This document shows positions 11,470-24,382 of a DNA stretch of 64,000 nucleotides, piece after piece. This DNA is from Zygnema circumcarinatum SAG 698-1b (Eukaryota; Plantae; Zygnematophyceae): positions 1,860,001 to 1,924,000 of the forward strand of contig CM074806.1 in assembly GCA_037447605.1 (NCBI GenBank). The letters run 5' to 3'. The stretch's first letter is position 1, and the number at the start of each line of letters is the position of its first letter. The notes beneath the pieces are model-generated. The model did no database searches, had not been told where the DNA came from, and saw only the letters and a list, made by a program, of their open reading frames with translations. The translations under genes were made by a program, and so were the position numbers.

Positions 11470-13143
11470 GGGGAATGATATATTGAACTCACGATGGCAA
11501 AGCCATCAAACGTACAGGAAGGAAATCAACATCGGGAACCAAAGGGAGCGGTCACAAAGGACTAAAGGTCAAAGAAAAAGCTTCTGAACGGATGTCTACT
11601 CCTAGGCCCAACAACACGGCACTAGAAGCAGCCGCGAAGGTCGCCAAGATGTGGCGCAGCATGCGTAGGAAGGGGCGGGAGACCACCGGGACGAGCACCA
11701 ACAACCGCTGCACGCCGGAGGATGGTGGAAGCAAGGCAACGCTGCAAAGCAATAGAAATGCGTTGTCGATAAAAAGCCGCGAGGATCGCAGGGGGAGGGC
11801 TTCCGGGGCCGTGCATCTCAATGGAGCGATGGGCGCACTGGCGAAGGAAAACGTCCAACCGAGCATCGAGGCAGCCAAAAATCTCGACCGCTAATGGAAC
11901 AAACTCATCAGCCGAGTCGCGGTGAGCATATGCGCGCTCTTTACAGAGGGCCGCGTCTTGAGCAGCGACGCCCTCGTGGTGTGCAGAACGGGATAATAAG
12001 CCACGACGAGTCGGATCAGCCAATACAACGTCTCCAAAAATACGCCGCGCCCCATCCAAAAGAGCAAGGTCGGGACGCACGCCGCGCTCGCCTGTCGTAG
12101 TCTGCCGAGGTGGGATAACATGGGACGGCTCGCGCTGCACAAGGTAACCCGCCTCCTGAGCCACGGCGGCAATAGCGTCACGGACCACATTGTGGGCCAA
12201 GATGCGCTCGCCACCGCGTACACAACGAAGAAGGTGCACACCCTGCGCATTAATCAAACGACCACAACCACAACGGGGAGAGCCCTGCAAAGGGGGGTGG
12301 GGGAGCCCAAGACGAAGACGCGCAGCAAGCTGAAACTGGCTCGGAGAGAGTCGAAGGGTGGAACAAATCGGGGTAGCGGCCAGCCACGCCCCTGCACCAG
12401 GACCAGCACAAGATCGCAACCGAGCACGTGCAACATCGGAAGGGAGAGCCGCAAGAAGGGTAGAAAAATCAGCGGCAACAACCTCCTCGGTCACAGTGGG
12501 CTGGACACGTGAAACTGATTCAACAGCTAAAGAAGCAAAAGGGGGGACGCGAGCCTGAGCGCTAGGAGGGAGCAAACCATGAGCAACACGCAAAGCAACC
12601 TAGAACGGAAGATGACCATCATCAACATGAGCAACAACAGACTGAAGCAACGGACGATCATCCACAAGGAAACGCGAAGCTAAAACTGGAGCAACAAGAG
12701 CCCAACTACCCAAAAAAGCAGGGGATGCAACACGCGCAGTGGGGACAAGCCCCAAACCACCTGCAGAAATAGGAAGTGAGGCCTATAGACGAGCAAGTGG
12801 ACCTTCCGGCCGGTCAAAAATACCCGGACCCAAAAGACGATGACACACAGAAAAAAGGCGCTCATCAAAACTATGCAAAGACGCCAAAAAAGCAAGGGTA
12901 GGGGGTAAGGTCCGTAAAAGATAAGAGGGACGTAAAGCAAAACAACGAGTAAGCAAGGAAAAGGTCACCTGGGGATCAGAAAGATGAGGCAACTCATCAA
13001 CCTGAGACAAATCTTCAACCAAAGCATCATCCACAAAATGGTCAACATACGATGCAACCCCAAAAGGGCAACCAAGGACGCGAATACCAAACGCGTCTGA
13101 ACAGGCCTGTATACCAGATGGAAGCGAAAGGAAGAGGGGAGAC
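11470..13143 (-). mobile_element. CRE-clade non-LTR retrotransposon, 3' part (RT thumb, zinc knuckle, restriction-like endonuclease, 3' UTR)
   Basis: GIRVLGCPFG; GPGAGAWL...LRLS...LRLGLP; CGCG...HLLRC...HN zinc knuckle; RPDL...GDV...KERAY..FVPLAVEIFG PD-(D/E)xK-type endonuclease. A frameshift and a stop are present. Confidence 0.85.
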
Positions 13144-13844
13144 TGTCACGACTGAGAACCGCCTCCTCAGCCGCACGCGGAATTGCACTTCACTCAAGCA
13201 GCAATCAGAGTTCAGAGTGAGAGAGGGGAAGAGAGAGAGAGAGCTTCAGAGTGGGGAGCAGCCCGGGACGGGCATGCAACCGTATGCCGCACGTTGGTTG
13301 CGACGCATAGCCAATTTACGCCTTTACGCTTCCCTCACGAACCCTCCTACCAAAGATGGAGGTGATTGGAAGCTGTGGCCGCTCAGCGGCAAACCGCCAT
13401 GCGGCCAACTCGACTTGAAAAGATCGAGGAGTTTGAATGCGACGCGACGCCAGCGCCGCATTCCGCTACGGGTGCATGCCGCGATGTGGTGCGCTGTCAA
13501 GACGCCGGGCGCATCGTCGACTAGCGCGCTACGCGCTGGGTTCCGGGATGAAATACCGGCCCGGCATTCAACGATACCCGCCTCAGACGGACGACGGTTA
13601 CGTTCCAAAACGTAAGGGAAATGTAGTCAGGATTCGCTAATCCATCGACTACATCGGCGGCACGATATATCTATGTATATCGCGCCATATCGAACCCTTG
13701 CAATATTTGCAAGGTTCGATCCCAGGACCTTTTGGGTCCCAAATGGTGCCCGGCGCCTTAACCACTGGCCGGGCGCTCGGGCGAAGTACAAGGACGAAAG
13801 TACCCTAAGTACATCTCCCGAGGTGATCAGAAGGTTTCGCCACA
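13144..13844 (-). mobile_element. 3' LTR (701 bp) of a minus-strand Ty3/gypsy chromovirus (element G1)
   Basis: TGTGGCGAAACC...CAGTCGTGACA, preceded by polypurine tract GGGGAGTAA (13845-13853); interrupts the CRE coding sequence. Confidence 0.85.
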
Positions 13845-16800
13845 TTACTCCCCGGTGGAGAATGCGTGAACGCCGGCTCACGGTGTGGGGTGGCATGTGC
13901 AAATGTAGTTCAATCAAGATCGCCGAATCCCCACGACAACCGAGGGCTCACGCATAATCCCGGCCAAGTCCCCGCGCGAAGTTGCGCGAAGACGGCTGAG
14001 GGACCCTCCGTGCCGCCCTCGCCCGCGCTCTGGCGGCCTGCGCCTCCCAGTACAAGTTGATGAGCTCCTGGCAATTGGTTAAGTTGCCCTCGGCTTCCCA
14101 TGTGCTATGTTCAACCCCATAGCCCAACCACTTCACGAGGTATTCGTGACGGGAAGATCGACCCTTTCTCACAATACGGTGGGCTTGAATGGTTTCAACT
14201 TCATACTCAAGTTCACCTTCAAGTTCCACTGGTGGGGGAGGTGGCTGGATCCTCCCATCGCTGCGGTAGGCCTTTAGCAATCCCACATGAAAGACCGGAT
14301 GCACCTTCATATGAGCTGGTAAATCCAACCGGTAAGCGACATCATTGATTCGCTTCACGACCTTAAAAGGTCCTATGAAACGGGGCCACAGCTTACGTGT
14401 TCCGCCATAAGCTTTGAGTCTCAAGTTCGCCGTACTTAGCAACACCTCATCGCCTTCGTTGAAGGTGAGTTGGGTACGGTGACGGGTNNNNNNNNNNCGG
14501 GGGTTCTATGGACGCCCATGTTCCACGGATCAGGGGGCTGATCCCTTGGTTGCAGGGGATTTAGAGGATGCTGGCCAAAGTTCAAGAAGAAAGGGGTGGT
14601 ACCAATGGACTCCTGGTAAGCATTATTGATGGCGTACTCAGCCACTGGGAGCAGTTCATCCCACTCATCCGGAGTAGGTCCCACATAATGCCGGAGATAG
14701 TCCTCCAGGATCCAGTTCACCCGTTCTGTCTGGCCATCGGTTTGCGGGTGGAAAGCCGTACTCAGTGCCTGCTTGGTCCCAACGATCTTAAGCACTTCCG
14801 TCCAAAAATGTCCGGTGAATCGTGGGTCACGGTCAGAAACAATCTCTGACTGAAGTCCATGCAGGCTCCACACTTTGTCAACGTACAACCGTGCAATCTC
14901 GTCGGCCCCAGCGGTCTTAGTAGTTGGTGCAAAATGCACCATCTTGCTGAGCCGATCGACAAAGACGAGGATGGAGTCATGCCCCCGCAGGTGTCGCCAG
15001 AAGATCCGTGATCATCCATACCCACACTATCCCATTTCCTAAAAAGGAGGTGCAGGGGTACCGCCGGGATCCCCGCCAAAGGCGGGGTTTGTTTCGCTGA
15101 CAAGCTGGCTGCAGTACATACGCCACATCCCTCGAGAGTCCAGGCCACCATAACTCTCGGAGCACTGCCTCACGGGTTTTGGCAACTCCCATGTGACCTC
15201 GGTACGCAGGATCATGTAGCTCACCCAGAATGAGCTGCCGTACAGTCCCCGCCTTGGGCACGACTCACAATCGCTACCGTGGTACCGTAATCCGGCCTCT
15301 AGACACCACCACTTTGTCCTTATAGCCATTACCTTGGCCATCCAGGAACAAAGGATCACCAGTATACCCCTCTTGGATCATCTGTCTGAGATCGAGAGAG
15401 CAGGAGGGCCGTGATCAGCGGCCGGCCAAGCGCAGTATTCATGACAGCATGCCGGAGACGGAGACTGGTTGGCCGCCCTCACTGGGCTTTCATCCGCTCC
15501 CCAACACCTCGAGTCGACGAAGCACTATCCAGTAAAGATGCCGAGGCTGCCCGCCAAGGGTTCCGCTACATTCAGCCTACCGGGCCACAGACCCAATCGC
15601 GCCAAACCTTGGAGGAACTCGCACTACCAAGGCTCGCCGCCTAGACAAGGTCCGTTGGGTAGAGAGAAACGTCAGCGGACGGTGGTCAGTGACCAGCGTG
15701 ACCGCTTTCGCCCCCTCTAAATAGCACCGCCATGTCCTCAGGGCGTGGACCACTGCAAGCAGTTCCTGCTCTGTTGCAGAATAGTTGCGCTCAGCGGGAT
15801 TCATGTTGCGACTTTCATAAGCGAGAGGTTGACCATCTTGGAACAAGACGGCACCCAAGGCGAATCCCGAAGCGTCACAAACCACCTCATATGGCTTGGA
15901 CGGGTCCGCTAAATGGAGAGTGGGTGCGGTAACAAGTGCATGGCGTACACCCTCGAATGCGTCCTGGCACTCAGGGGTCCATGTGAAGGGGACACCGGAA
16001 CGTGTCAAATTAGTCAAGGGAGTAACCAAGTTACTAAACCCTTGGATGAACTTACGAAAATAATTCGCAAATCCCAAGAATGATCGCAACTGATGTAAGT
16101 CAGTCGGTGCTGCCCAAGTTTCTACCGCAGAAACTTTGGCAGGGTCTGGCCGAAGGCCTTGATCATTCAGGATATGCCCAAGATAAAGCAACTCACGTTG
16201 CATGAAGTGACACTTCTTCCTCTTGGCATAAAATTGGTGTTTCCTCAGGGTCTCAAACACTTTCCGAACGTGTTCAAGATGTTCCTCCTCCGTCTTACTG
16301 AAGACAAGGATATCATCGAGGTAAACCAAAACAAACTCGTCCATGCCGATGAACATTTCGTTCATGACAGCCTGGAAAGTCGCCGGAGCATTAGTCAATC
16401 CAAAGGGCAACACCTTATATTGGAAATGACCAATCGGCGTCCGGAACGCAGTTTTTGGCACATCAGCTTTTGTTACGCGGATCTGATGATACCCTTGAGC
16501 AAGGTCAAGTGAAGTAAACACTTTGGCGCCGTGAAGACGATCCAACAGATCATCGATACGTGGTAAAGCAAATCGATTCCTTACGGTGATCTTGTTGAGT
16601 GCGCGATAATCAATGCACATCCTCAACGAGCCATCTTTCTTGCCAACAAATAAGATGGGCGCCCCAAAGGCTTGATCGGTTCTATCCTCAAAATTTCTTT
16701 GTCACGTAGTTGCTAATCGCCAAGATCTCCTGTTTCTTTCGACTTAACCGGAGTATAGGATTCTACCGCGCGCTTGTGCTCGTGCTCAAGAGGGATTGTA

Positions 16801-17027
16801 TGCTCCCACTCCCAGAGGGTGGCAACCTCTTGAAGGTCATCAAGGAAGACATCCTCTAATTCATCCAACAGAGGTTGATCCGATGGAACAAATGAGAGCA
16901 CATCCAGATGTGGATCCGCCATTCGATCTTCGCCATGCACATCCTCGGTCGCCATGACATGCACCATGAACAAGGTGCAACCCTCCTTAACTGCTTTGGC
17001 CAATTGCATAGCCGAGCAGAGATAAGG
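13845..17027 (-). mobile_element. G1 pol: RT, RNase H, integrase and chromodomain (degenerate)
   Basis: ORF 15577-16626: [10 protein letters not shown]...YLDD...CDASG RNase H. ORF 14436-14942: SDRDPRF...FHPQTDGQTER integrase core. ORF 13948-14445: GPF..VHPVFHV and EYEVE..YLVKWLGY..TWE chromodomain. Confidence 0.92.
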
Positions 17028-20000
17028 TGTAGCGAAACGCTACAGTCAACCACGGGAGGTGTACTTAGGGCGTACTCCGTCCTGGTACTCTCACCCCGGG
17101 CGCGGGCCGAGTGGTCAAGGCGCCGGGGACCACCTAGGACCAGATAGGTCTTAGGATCGAACCTTCCGAAAATCGCAAGGGTTTTGTAACGCTTAAATGC
17201 AACCGCCGTCCGCATAATTACGTGACCGCTGGTACGGACGATCGACAAGCCGGACTCAAGGCCAGCGGCCAGACTGCCGCCGCAGACCGACAAGACGGGC
17301 GGCGCTGTCGCTGCCGCTGGCAAGGCTACCGCTGAACGCCGGCGAAGTTTCAGACAAGCAGTAACTCCTCGACCATTCGGGTCGATCACACGCGGCGCGG
17401 GTCACACGATGCCTCGCTTCCAATCCTCCATGCTGGTAGGAGGTTCAACGGGGGAAGCATATAGGGGCGAGGTTGGCTGTCGCCAACCAACCAACGCATC
17501 GGCATCTCGTTGCACCTCTCAAATTGTGGCTGCGCCACTTCCGGCTCTCGCTTGCTCTCGCCCTCACAACTCGAGTGCCGGTGTAAAGAGTTCGCCAGCC
17601 GTAAGGAGCGATTTCACTGCTACATTTGGTATCGAGCCGCTGGCGGCCTTCTTTGCCGTAGAACCTCAAGGGTCATGGTGACCACCGCCGGAGGGGGGAC
17701 CCTCGGGGCTCCTCGCTGCCACTTCACCACTGGGCCCCCGACGGTGGTGATGGAGGAGAATCCTGATCAAGGCCGCCCTCTCATGGAGGGGCCCAACAGC
17801 CCACGGGTGACCAAGGCTCGAGAACACCGCTTCTCCGGGATCCAATCGAGCCGTGGGCTCCCGAGAAGCCTCTACAGGCTCTACCCTGATGATCGGGCCC
17901 ACATCGGGCGCGACCCGTAAAATGAGGAAACGTAATTAAAGATCTCGAAGGTGCTGGAGCGTAACGCGGATACGCTGAGCCGCTTCAAGGAAGGTGGACG
18001 ACATGGAGCTCACGGTCCGCCGCCTGGTGGACACGCTCCAAATGGAATTCAGGGGCCTTTCAGATAGGCTCCGGAGGATCGAGGAAGGTATGCCCCACAC
18101 CCCCCCTCAGGCTGTAGAGGCAGTTGATGCGGCAGGTCCTGGGGAAGGGGTTAGGCATACCACTCCGGTCGCGTCGTCATTGCCGACGCCCCAACCGGCC
18201 GCCGGGCAACCGGGTGTAAGTCCGCACTCCCCGGCTTGTCCATTGGGGAGTCACTTCCCCACCTGGCATGCAACCACCCAAAGGGGGGACCCCCGCCGTG
18301 GCAGCTGGCCGGGTGGCAGAGATCCCGCCCCTGACCGCTTCCTCTAAACCCATTGAGGATGCTGCTTTAACCGGCCAAGGTGGCCCCATCTCCGCTTGGG
18401 GTGAACGCCCACACTCTGGACCGCTTCTATCGGTTGGGTCAAACGGTGGCGGGGTTACCTTCGCACTAACCGTCTCTTCAAGGGTAAGCTTCTTTGCTTA
18501 CTTCCAAAGACTCGCAGGGAGCCGCGACACCGCGGTGTATGAGGGCCTCTCTCATGAGATTGGGACGCATCGATAAGTTCAGAGATGAACTTATCAAACA
18601 CTTTGGGGCCTTGGATCCCGGCTTGGAGGCCCGGGATACATTTCAGAACATGGTCCAAACCGGCAGTGTCAAGCAGTTTCTGCGAGACCTGTGTCAAGTG
18701 GTGCCACAAATCACCATACACAAGCCCTCGGCAAGGCCGAAGTTTCTACCACTCGTGAATGGCTTGAAGCCACACCGGTGAAGCAACGGGACTAACCCAC
18801 TCTGACCAAAACCGTGGGACCCCCTCACGACTCGAAATGGGTGACTGATGCAAAATTATTCAATTGACACCGCCCCTCAGCGACATGTAGCCCTTCCCCG
18901 ACCCTTCAAAGCAGAGGCTCCGCGATGATTGTGGTCGTGGAAGGGCGTGATTCCTCGCCCCCTAAGGTGGCGCGTGAAAGAATAAGCTGAAGCAAAACCG
19001 GAACGACCGCCGCCCCACCCAATGTAAGGTCAGCAGGTTGACTCCAGAGGAAATGGAGAAGATGCAGCGGGAAAACAAATGTTTCCGTTGTAGGAAGGAG
19101 GGTCACAAGGCCCGTGATTGTCCTTTAAACACCAAGGACAGGAAGGGCAAGGGGCCGGAAAACCCCAACCCACCAGCAGCTTAGGAGTCGTTGCTGGTGG
19201 GGAGGATAGGCTGGGGAATAAGGGAGAAGTGGCTGCCATCAAGGTTAGGAAATTGTTGTTCCTTCGGCCTCTGGATATTGTGAAATTGATGGGCAGACCT
19301 TTCGGAGTGCATGACTTGTTTGTTTGTAATGCGCTTCCGGATTCCATTCCTCTATCCCCTGCCACTGTGGTGACTCCTTCTAAATTCATGGGTGTAGTGA
19401 TGCATGGTGAATGGCATGTCTTTATCCTCAATGTATTGGGCGATGATGTNNNNNNNNNNCATGCAATTGGCCAAAGCTGTTAAGGAGGGTTGCACCGTGT
19501 TCATGGTGCATGTCATGGCAGCCACTGAGGATGTTCATGACGAAGATCAGGAATGGCAGATCACATCTACGGATGTGCTCTCGGCTGTTCCATCCCAGAT
19601 CCAACCTCTGTTGGATGAATTCAGGGATGTCTTCCTTGATGACCTTCCAAGAGGGTTGCCACCCTCTCGAGGAGTGGGGCATACAATCCCTCTTGAGCCT
19701 GAGCACAAGCCGCCTTGGCGGCCGATCTATCGGTTAAGTCCGAAAGAAACCGAGGAGATGCGAAAGCAGTTGGCAACTTTACGTGACAAGGGCTGGATAG
19801 AACCCAGTCAAAGCCCCTTTGGGGCGCCCATCTTGTTTGTTGGCAAGAAAGATGGCTCGTTGAGGATGTGCATTGATTATCGCGCACTCAACAAGATCAC
19901 CGTAAAGAACCGTTTTGCTTTTCCACGTATTGATGATCTGTTAGATCGTCTTCACGGCGCCAAAGTGTTTACTTCACTTGACCTTGCTCAAGGGTATCAT

Positions 20001-20216
20001 CAGATCCGCGTAACAAAAGCTGATGTGCCAAAAACTGCGTTCCGGACGCCGATTGGTCATTTCCAATATAAGGTGTTGCCCTTTGGATTGACTAATGCTC
20101 CGGCGACTTTCCAGGCTGTAATGAACGAGATGTTCATCGGCATGGACGAGTTTGTTCTGGTTTACCTCGATGATATCCTTGTCTTCAGTAAGACGGAGGA
20201 GGAACATCTTGAACAC
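17028..20216 (+). mobile_element. Chromovirus G2 nested in G1: 5' LTR 17028-17624, PBS, gag, extra domain, start of RT
   Basis: LTR starts TGTAGCGAAACGCTACA; PBS TGGTATCGAGCC at about 17627; CFRCRKEGHKARDC zinc knuckle; RT to YLDD before an N gap. The gag portion is error-rich. Confidence 0.85.
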
Positions 20217-20226
20217 NNNNNNNNNN

Positions 20227-20893
20227 CAAATCTCTGGGTGAATGCAGAACTAAGAAAGTTAGCATCTGCCCCAGTATCTAGCAGTATAACTGCTGGGTGG
20301 CCATTGGCTGACCCTCGGAAGGTCATGGCACGATGGGCAGGATGGAACATGGATCGCACTATATGCGAGGGGTGAGGACGAGCTGTCCTCCACACCAAGG
20401 TGTAGGGTGATCCAACCAGCGAACTGGTGGATCCTTCCATCGTCTGCACCAATTTGTGCCCTTTCCTCAACTGTTTCACCAACCGCCAAGTGGCGTTGGG
20501 AAAGGTGCGAATTGCCATGTGCTGAGGAACCAGCACATGCAGCGCAAGGATGTGGGTGGTGTCCCGCATGACATGCAAAGCATCCACGGCACATCTCATC
20601 AAGACATCATCCCCCACAACATTGAGAATGGAAACATGCCACTGGCCACGCATCATTACATCCATAAACCTAGAGGGAGTCACCATGGTGGCAGGGGAAA
20701 GAGACATGAAATCAGGAAGCGCATGACACACAACAAGATCGTGCACCCCCAAAGGTCTGGCCATCAATTTAAGAATGTCCGTGGTCTTAAGCCACAAAAG
20801 TCCCTTAACCTTGACGGCAGCTTTCGTCCCATCCCCTAACCTATTCTCTCCACCAGCAGCGACTCCTAAACTGCCGGTGGGTTGGGGTTTTCC
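20227..20893 (-). mobile_element. G1 continued: extra N-terminal Pol domain and aspartic protease
   Basis: ORF 20162-20941, ...LLDTGADANF protease motif; homologous to the plus-strand copies. Confidence 0.85.
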
Positions 20894-21619
20894 TGTTGGT
20901 GTGAGGGGGCAGGACTGGAGACTAGTGGAAGGATAAAACATGCTTGAGTGAAACTACAAACTTCTTCCACATCTACTTAGGCCACATACCGCATCCGCCA
21001 CAGTATGCCTTCTCTTCCTCCCCTCACCAGGTGCGCACAGCGGAAAACAAAACGCGCCACCTACAAGAACACTTCTTCATCTCCTCCATGGTCTCGGCTC
21101 CTTCAGCTCCACGCTCCTCCAATGATCTCCACGTGTGATGCGACACACCGCCCATACAATGGTCGCCTCCACTCATCCATCACTCCAATCCAACACAAGG
21201 ACTCACATGTGACAAATGACACAAGTATAAGGAGAAAGCCCTCAGCCCTAAAACTCCTTAACATTCATAAGTGTAATACAAGCTCTCTTAGGAAATCTAC
21301 ATATAACCTTATGCTCAATTCTCCTCCTCNNNNNNNNNNCAGTCGCGCGCCGTCCGTACAGTCGCGCTCCAAATCAATTAATGCGCATCTAGCGCACCCC
21401 CTTTGGTACGGTCTAAGCCTAAGCCGCAATCCTACGACCCTAGACCTTCCCTAGACCTTCCGTACCATGCCCTAGCAATTCGGGCATCCCCCATGTTTGG
21501 TCCTACACCAAACATGACCATTCATGCATGACATTGTCCCTACATCAACACATGATCTCCTGGACAACTTTCATGCTAGGAACTAAGTACCAACACCATG
21601 ATGTACCTATACATCAACA
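20894..21619 (-). mobile_element. Ty1/copia-type solo LTR inserted in G1 at the gag/pol junction, TSD GGAAA
   Basis: Minus strand GGAAA|TGTTGATGTATAGG...CACACCAACA|GGAAA with an internal N gap. The same LTR family occurs at 24383 and 32784. Confidence 0.8.
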
Positions 21620-22361
21620 TTTCCGGTCCCTTGCCCTTCCTGTCCTTGGTGTTCAAAGGACAGTCACGGGCCTTGTGCCCCTCCTTCCTGCAACGGAAGC
21701 ATTTATTCTCCCGTTGCATCTTCTCCATCTCCTCTGGAGTCAACTTCTGCGGTCTCGCAGTGGCTGGGCGGGCAGCCGCTTCCGGCTGCTTCCGCTTATT
21801 CTTGCCTGCCAGTTTGGCAAGAGCTGAGGGTCCCGCCTTCATCGACCCTAGTACATCACCCGCCCGCTGCTGGGGTCGGGAAGGTCCTGCATCGCTTGCA
21901 GGGGCGGTGTCCAACTGAATGGCTGCATCAAAGTACAGCTCAGAGTCAGCGGGATCCCACGGTGTAACGAACCTGCCTGCAGCAGGGTTCGAACTCAGGA
22001 TCTCCCGGTATTCACCTAAATGCTTTACCATTAAAAGGCAACCGCGGATGTAAGTACTCGGCCATACAACCCATGTATAGCGTTTCGCTACACACGGTTT
22101 CAGAGTCCGTGGGTTAGTCCCTAACTGCTTCCTCAGGTGTGGCTTCAAGCCGTTCCTGAAGTGGTAGAAAAACTCAGCCTGTCCAGGCTTGTGCGTGGTG
22201 ATTTGGGGCACCACTTGGCGCAGGTCTCGCAGAAACTGCTTGACACTGCCGGTTTGGACCATGTTCTGAAATTTATCCCGGGCCTCCAAGCCGGGATCCA
22301 AGGCCCCAAAGTGTTTGATAAGTTCATCTCTGAACTTATCCCAATTGTCCCCAATCTCATC
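21620..22361 (-). mobile_element. G1 gag (retrotransposon gag domain and CCHC knuckle)
   Basis: DPGLEARDKF...QTGSVKQF...FRNGLKPHLR...CFRCRKEGHKARDC; contains the mini-LTR insertion. Confidence 0.88.
21963..22092 (-). mobile_element. 130-bp mini solo LTR with tRNA-like core, TSD CCGTG
   Basis: Minus strand CCGTG|TGTAGCGAAACGCTA...TAATGGTAAAGC...GAGTTCGAACC...GTTCGTTACA|CCGTG. Confidence 0.88.
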
Positions 22362-22371
22362 NNNNNNNNNN

Positions 22372-22815
22372 TGATCTGATCATTATTAGTTCTTCCATGG
22401 AAAGCATTCAGAGTCTGAAGGACTTGATGAAGAAGAACTTTCAGATGTCAGACTTAGGGGAGGCCCAATACTTATTAGGAATTCAGCTCAAGAGGGGGCC
22501 AGATGGCAGTTTGTTCCTTAGTCAAGAGAAGTATGCAAAGGATGTCTTGGCTAAATTCAGAATGGATAAGTGCACTCCATGCACAAGNNNNNNNNNNTTA
22601 TAAGGAGTTTTAGAGCCATGAGCTTTCTCCTAACACTCTCTCATTGTGATTTCCGCTGTGCTTGTCTTGTAGCTTCATTCTGTTGTTATGGGCGATGAGT
22701 GAAGTAAGATAGAGCTTTGAGTGTTTGAATGTCTTCATCCGTGGGAACTCAAGTTCCAATGGAGGGCGACACCCGAGGTGGCGCCGGAAGTGGGGAGCAG
22801 ACCCCTGCTTCAACA
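22372..22815 (+). mobile_element. Ty1/copia RT fragment and 3' end of a copia LTR
   Basis: DLIIISS...FQMSDLGEAQYLLGIQ...LSQEKYAKDVL..F.M..C.P is a copia RT segment. After the gap the LTR-like sequence ends ...CTTCAACA at 22815. Confidence 0.8.
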
Positions 22816-22937
22816 GTTCTGTCTTTCATTCTTTGCTTGGGGCTGTTTTAAGCTTTGTGAGTGAGATCTTGTGCTTCCGCAAAGGTGGCGTCTCCTAGTC
22901 CCAGGCGTGGAGAGATGTCCTCATCAGAGGCATCCTC

Positions 22938-23626
22938 TGTTGATGCAGGGACTCCTCCACTGCTGCCAGCTTCTCCACTCGCATCACCTTCCATCGGAGT
23001 TCGCGTTCCAATCGATGATGACATTTCCCAAACTCTCACATTCACTCATAGCCCATTTTACTCACAGTGTGAACCTCATTGAATATGCACAGCGGAATAA
23101 CAGAGAGAAAAGGATAGGAGAAAGCTCTCGGCTCTAAAACTCCTTAATAATAATCTTATCAACACAAATGAGAGACCCCCTCTCAAATAGCCCAATAAAC
23201 TCAAAAGCCCACTACCTTGCGACACAAGCAAGTGTAATGTTAAGCAACACGAGCATCAGCTTCTCAGAGTCTACAATAGCTACGTTGATAATCAGAAGTT
23301 AAGATTAACAACCAAACAAAACAACACACTATATACTATGTCACAACATCCNNNNNNNNNNGTCGCGCCAATTCTTCAATTCGCTCCGCGGCCGCATCCG
23401 CGCCACGTCACTTTCCGATTCGTCGTGTCGCGCCTCGTCACTTCTGACTCCGCCGCGCCGCGCCTCTTCCACCGACCAAATGTCCGTACCGCCGCCTACT
23501 AACTTAGGCGCACACCGCCGCCAAGGAAACACACAACACAAACACACAAAACTAATGTTCCAACACAAGCATGCTAACTATCATACACTAACATCCTCCA
23601 ACAGGTCAGGGGGCACCGTTTCAACA
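22938..23626 (-). mobile_element. Copia-type LTR sequence (TGTTG...CAACA, gap inside) interrupting the CRE RT right after QGD
   Basis: Starts TGTTGAAACGG at 23626 and ends GCATCAACA at 22938; homologous to 22598-22815. The TSDs do not match, so the two halves may belong to different copies. Confidence 0.55.
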
Positions 23627-24102
23627 TCACCTTGGCGCGTTCTTGTCGCAGACTCAAGAGTGGCAAGAAAACTGTCAGTACCTCCAAGAGGGAAAAGGAG
23701 AGGGCTGGAGCAAGAATAAAAGGCACGAACAAAAGGAAAAATGGAAGCAATAGGGGCAGGTGCCTCGCGCAACTCTCTGAAAATCTCCTCACGTGCGACA
23801 GTGTTGAAGGCGTTCGTCACATCAACTTGCAAAACCACCCAATCCGGATGAAGGTCAAGAGTCGCTCGAATGCCATGAACAACAGCCTCACAACCCCCCG
23901 GGGTCGCAACACCAAACTGATAAGGGGAGAAGTGATCCTAAAAAGCCCCCTGCAACTGCAAACACATAGCACGGGCAACCACACGATACAAAACCTCCCC
24001 CACAGCGATGGGGCGAACACCTCCGGTAAGCTTAGCAAGAGCTACTAAACGAGCAGAGGTGAGGAGATGACTAATAGACACAGGGACTCGACCCTGAGCA
24101 AT
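23627..24102 (-). mobile_element. CRE-clade element, middle part (RT domains 1-4)
   Basis: IAQGRVP...RLVALAKLTGGVRPIAVGEVLYR...YQFGVATRGGCEAVVH...VLQVDVTNAFN...RQGD. Confidence 0.88.
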
Positions 24103-24382
24103 TGTAGCGAAACGCTACAGTCATCCATGGGAGGTGTACTTAGGGCGCACTCCGTCCTTATACCGTCGCCGGGGCGCCGGCTGAGTGGCTAGGGCGCCGG
24201 GCACCACCTAGGAAGGTCCAAGGATCAAACCGTGCGAAAATGTAAGGGTTCGATACGGCGTGATATACATATGTATATATATCGCGTCGCCGAAATGGTC
24301 GAGGATTAGCAAAGTAGTCCGCCATCGGCCATATCTTCCCTTAACGTTTTGGAACGTAACCGTCGTCCGTACAGATACGGGT
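24103..24382 (+). mobile_element. Chromovirus LTR 5' part, inserted into CRE with TSD GCAAT (partner at 49276-49280)
   Basis: GCAAT|TGTAGCGAAACGCTACA; interrupted at 24383 by a copia LTR. Confidence 0.8.

Noticed and set aside
22598-23148. TAAGGAGTTTTAGAGCC as a MITE TIR or a non-canonical primer-binding site
   Set aside because: The motif is internal to the copia LTR (see 20894-21619); the apparent inverted repeat is two LTR fragments in opposite orientation.
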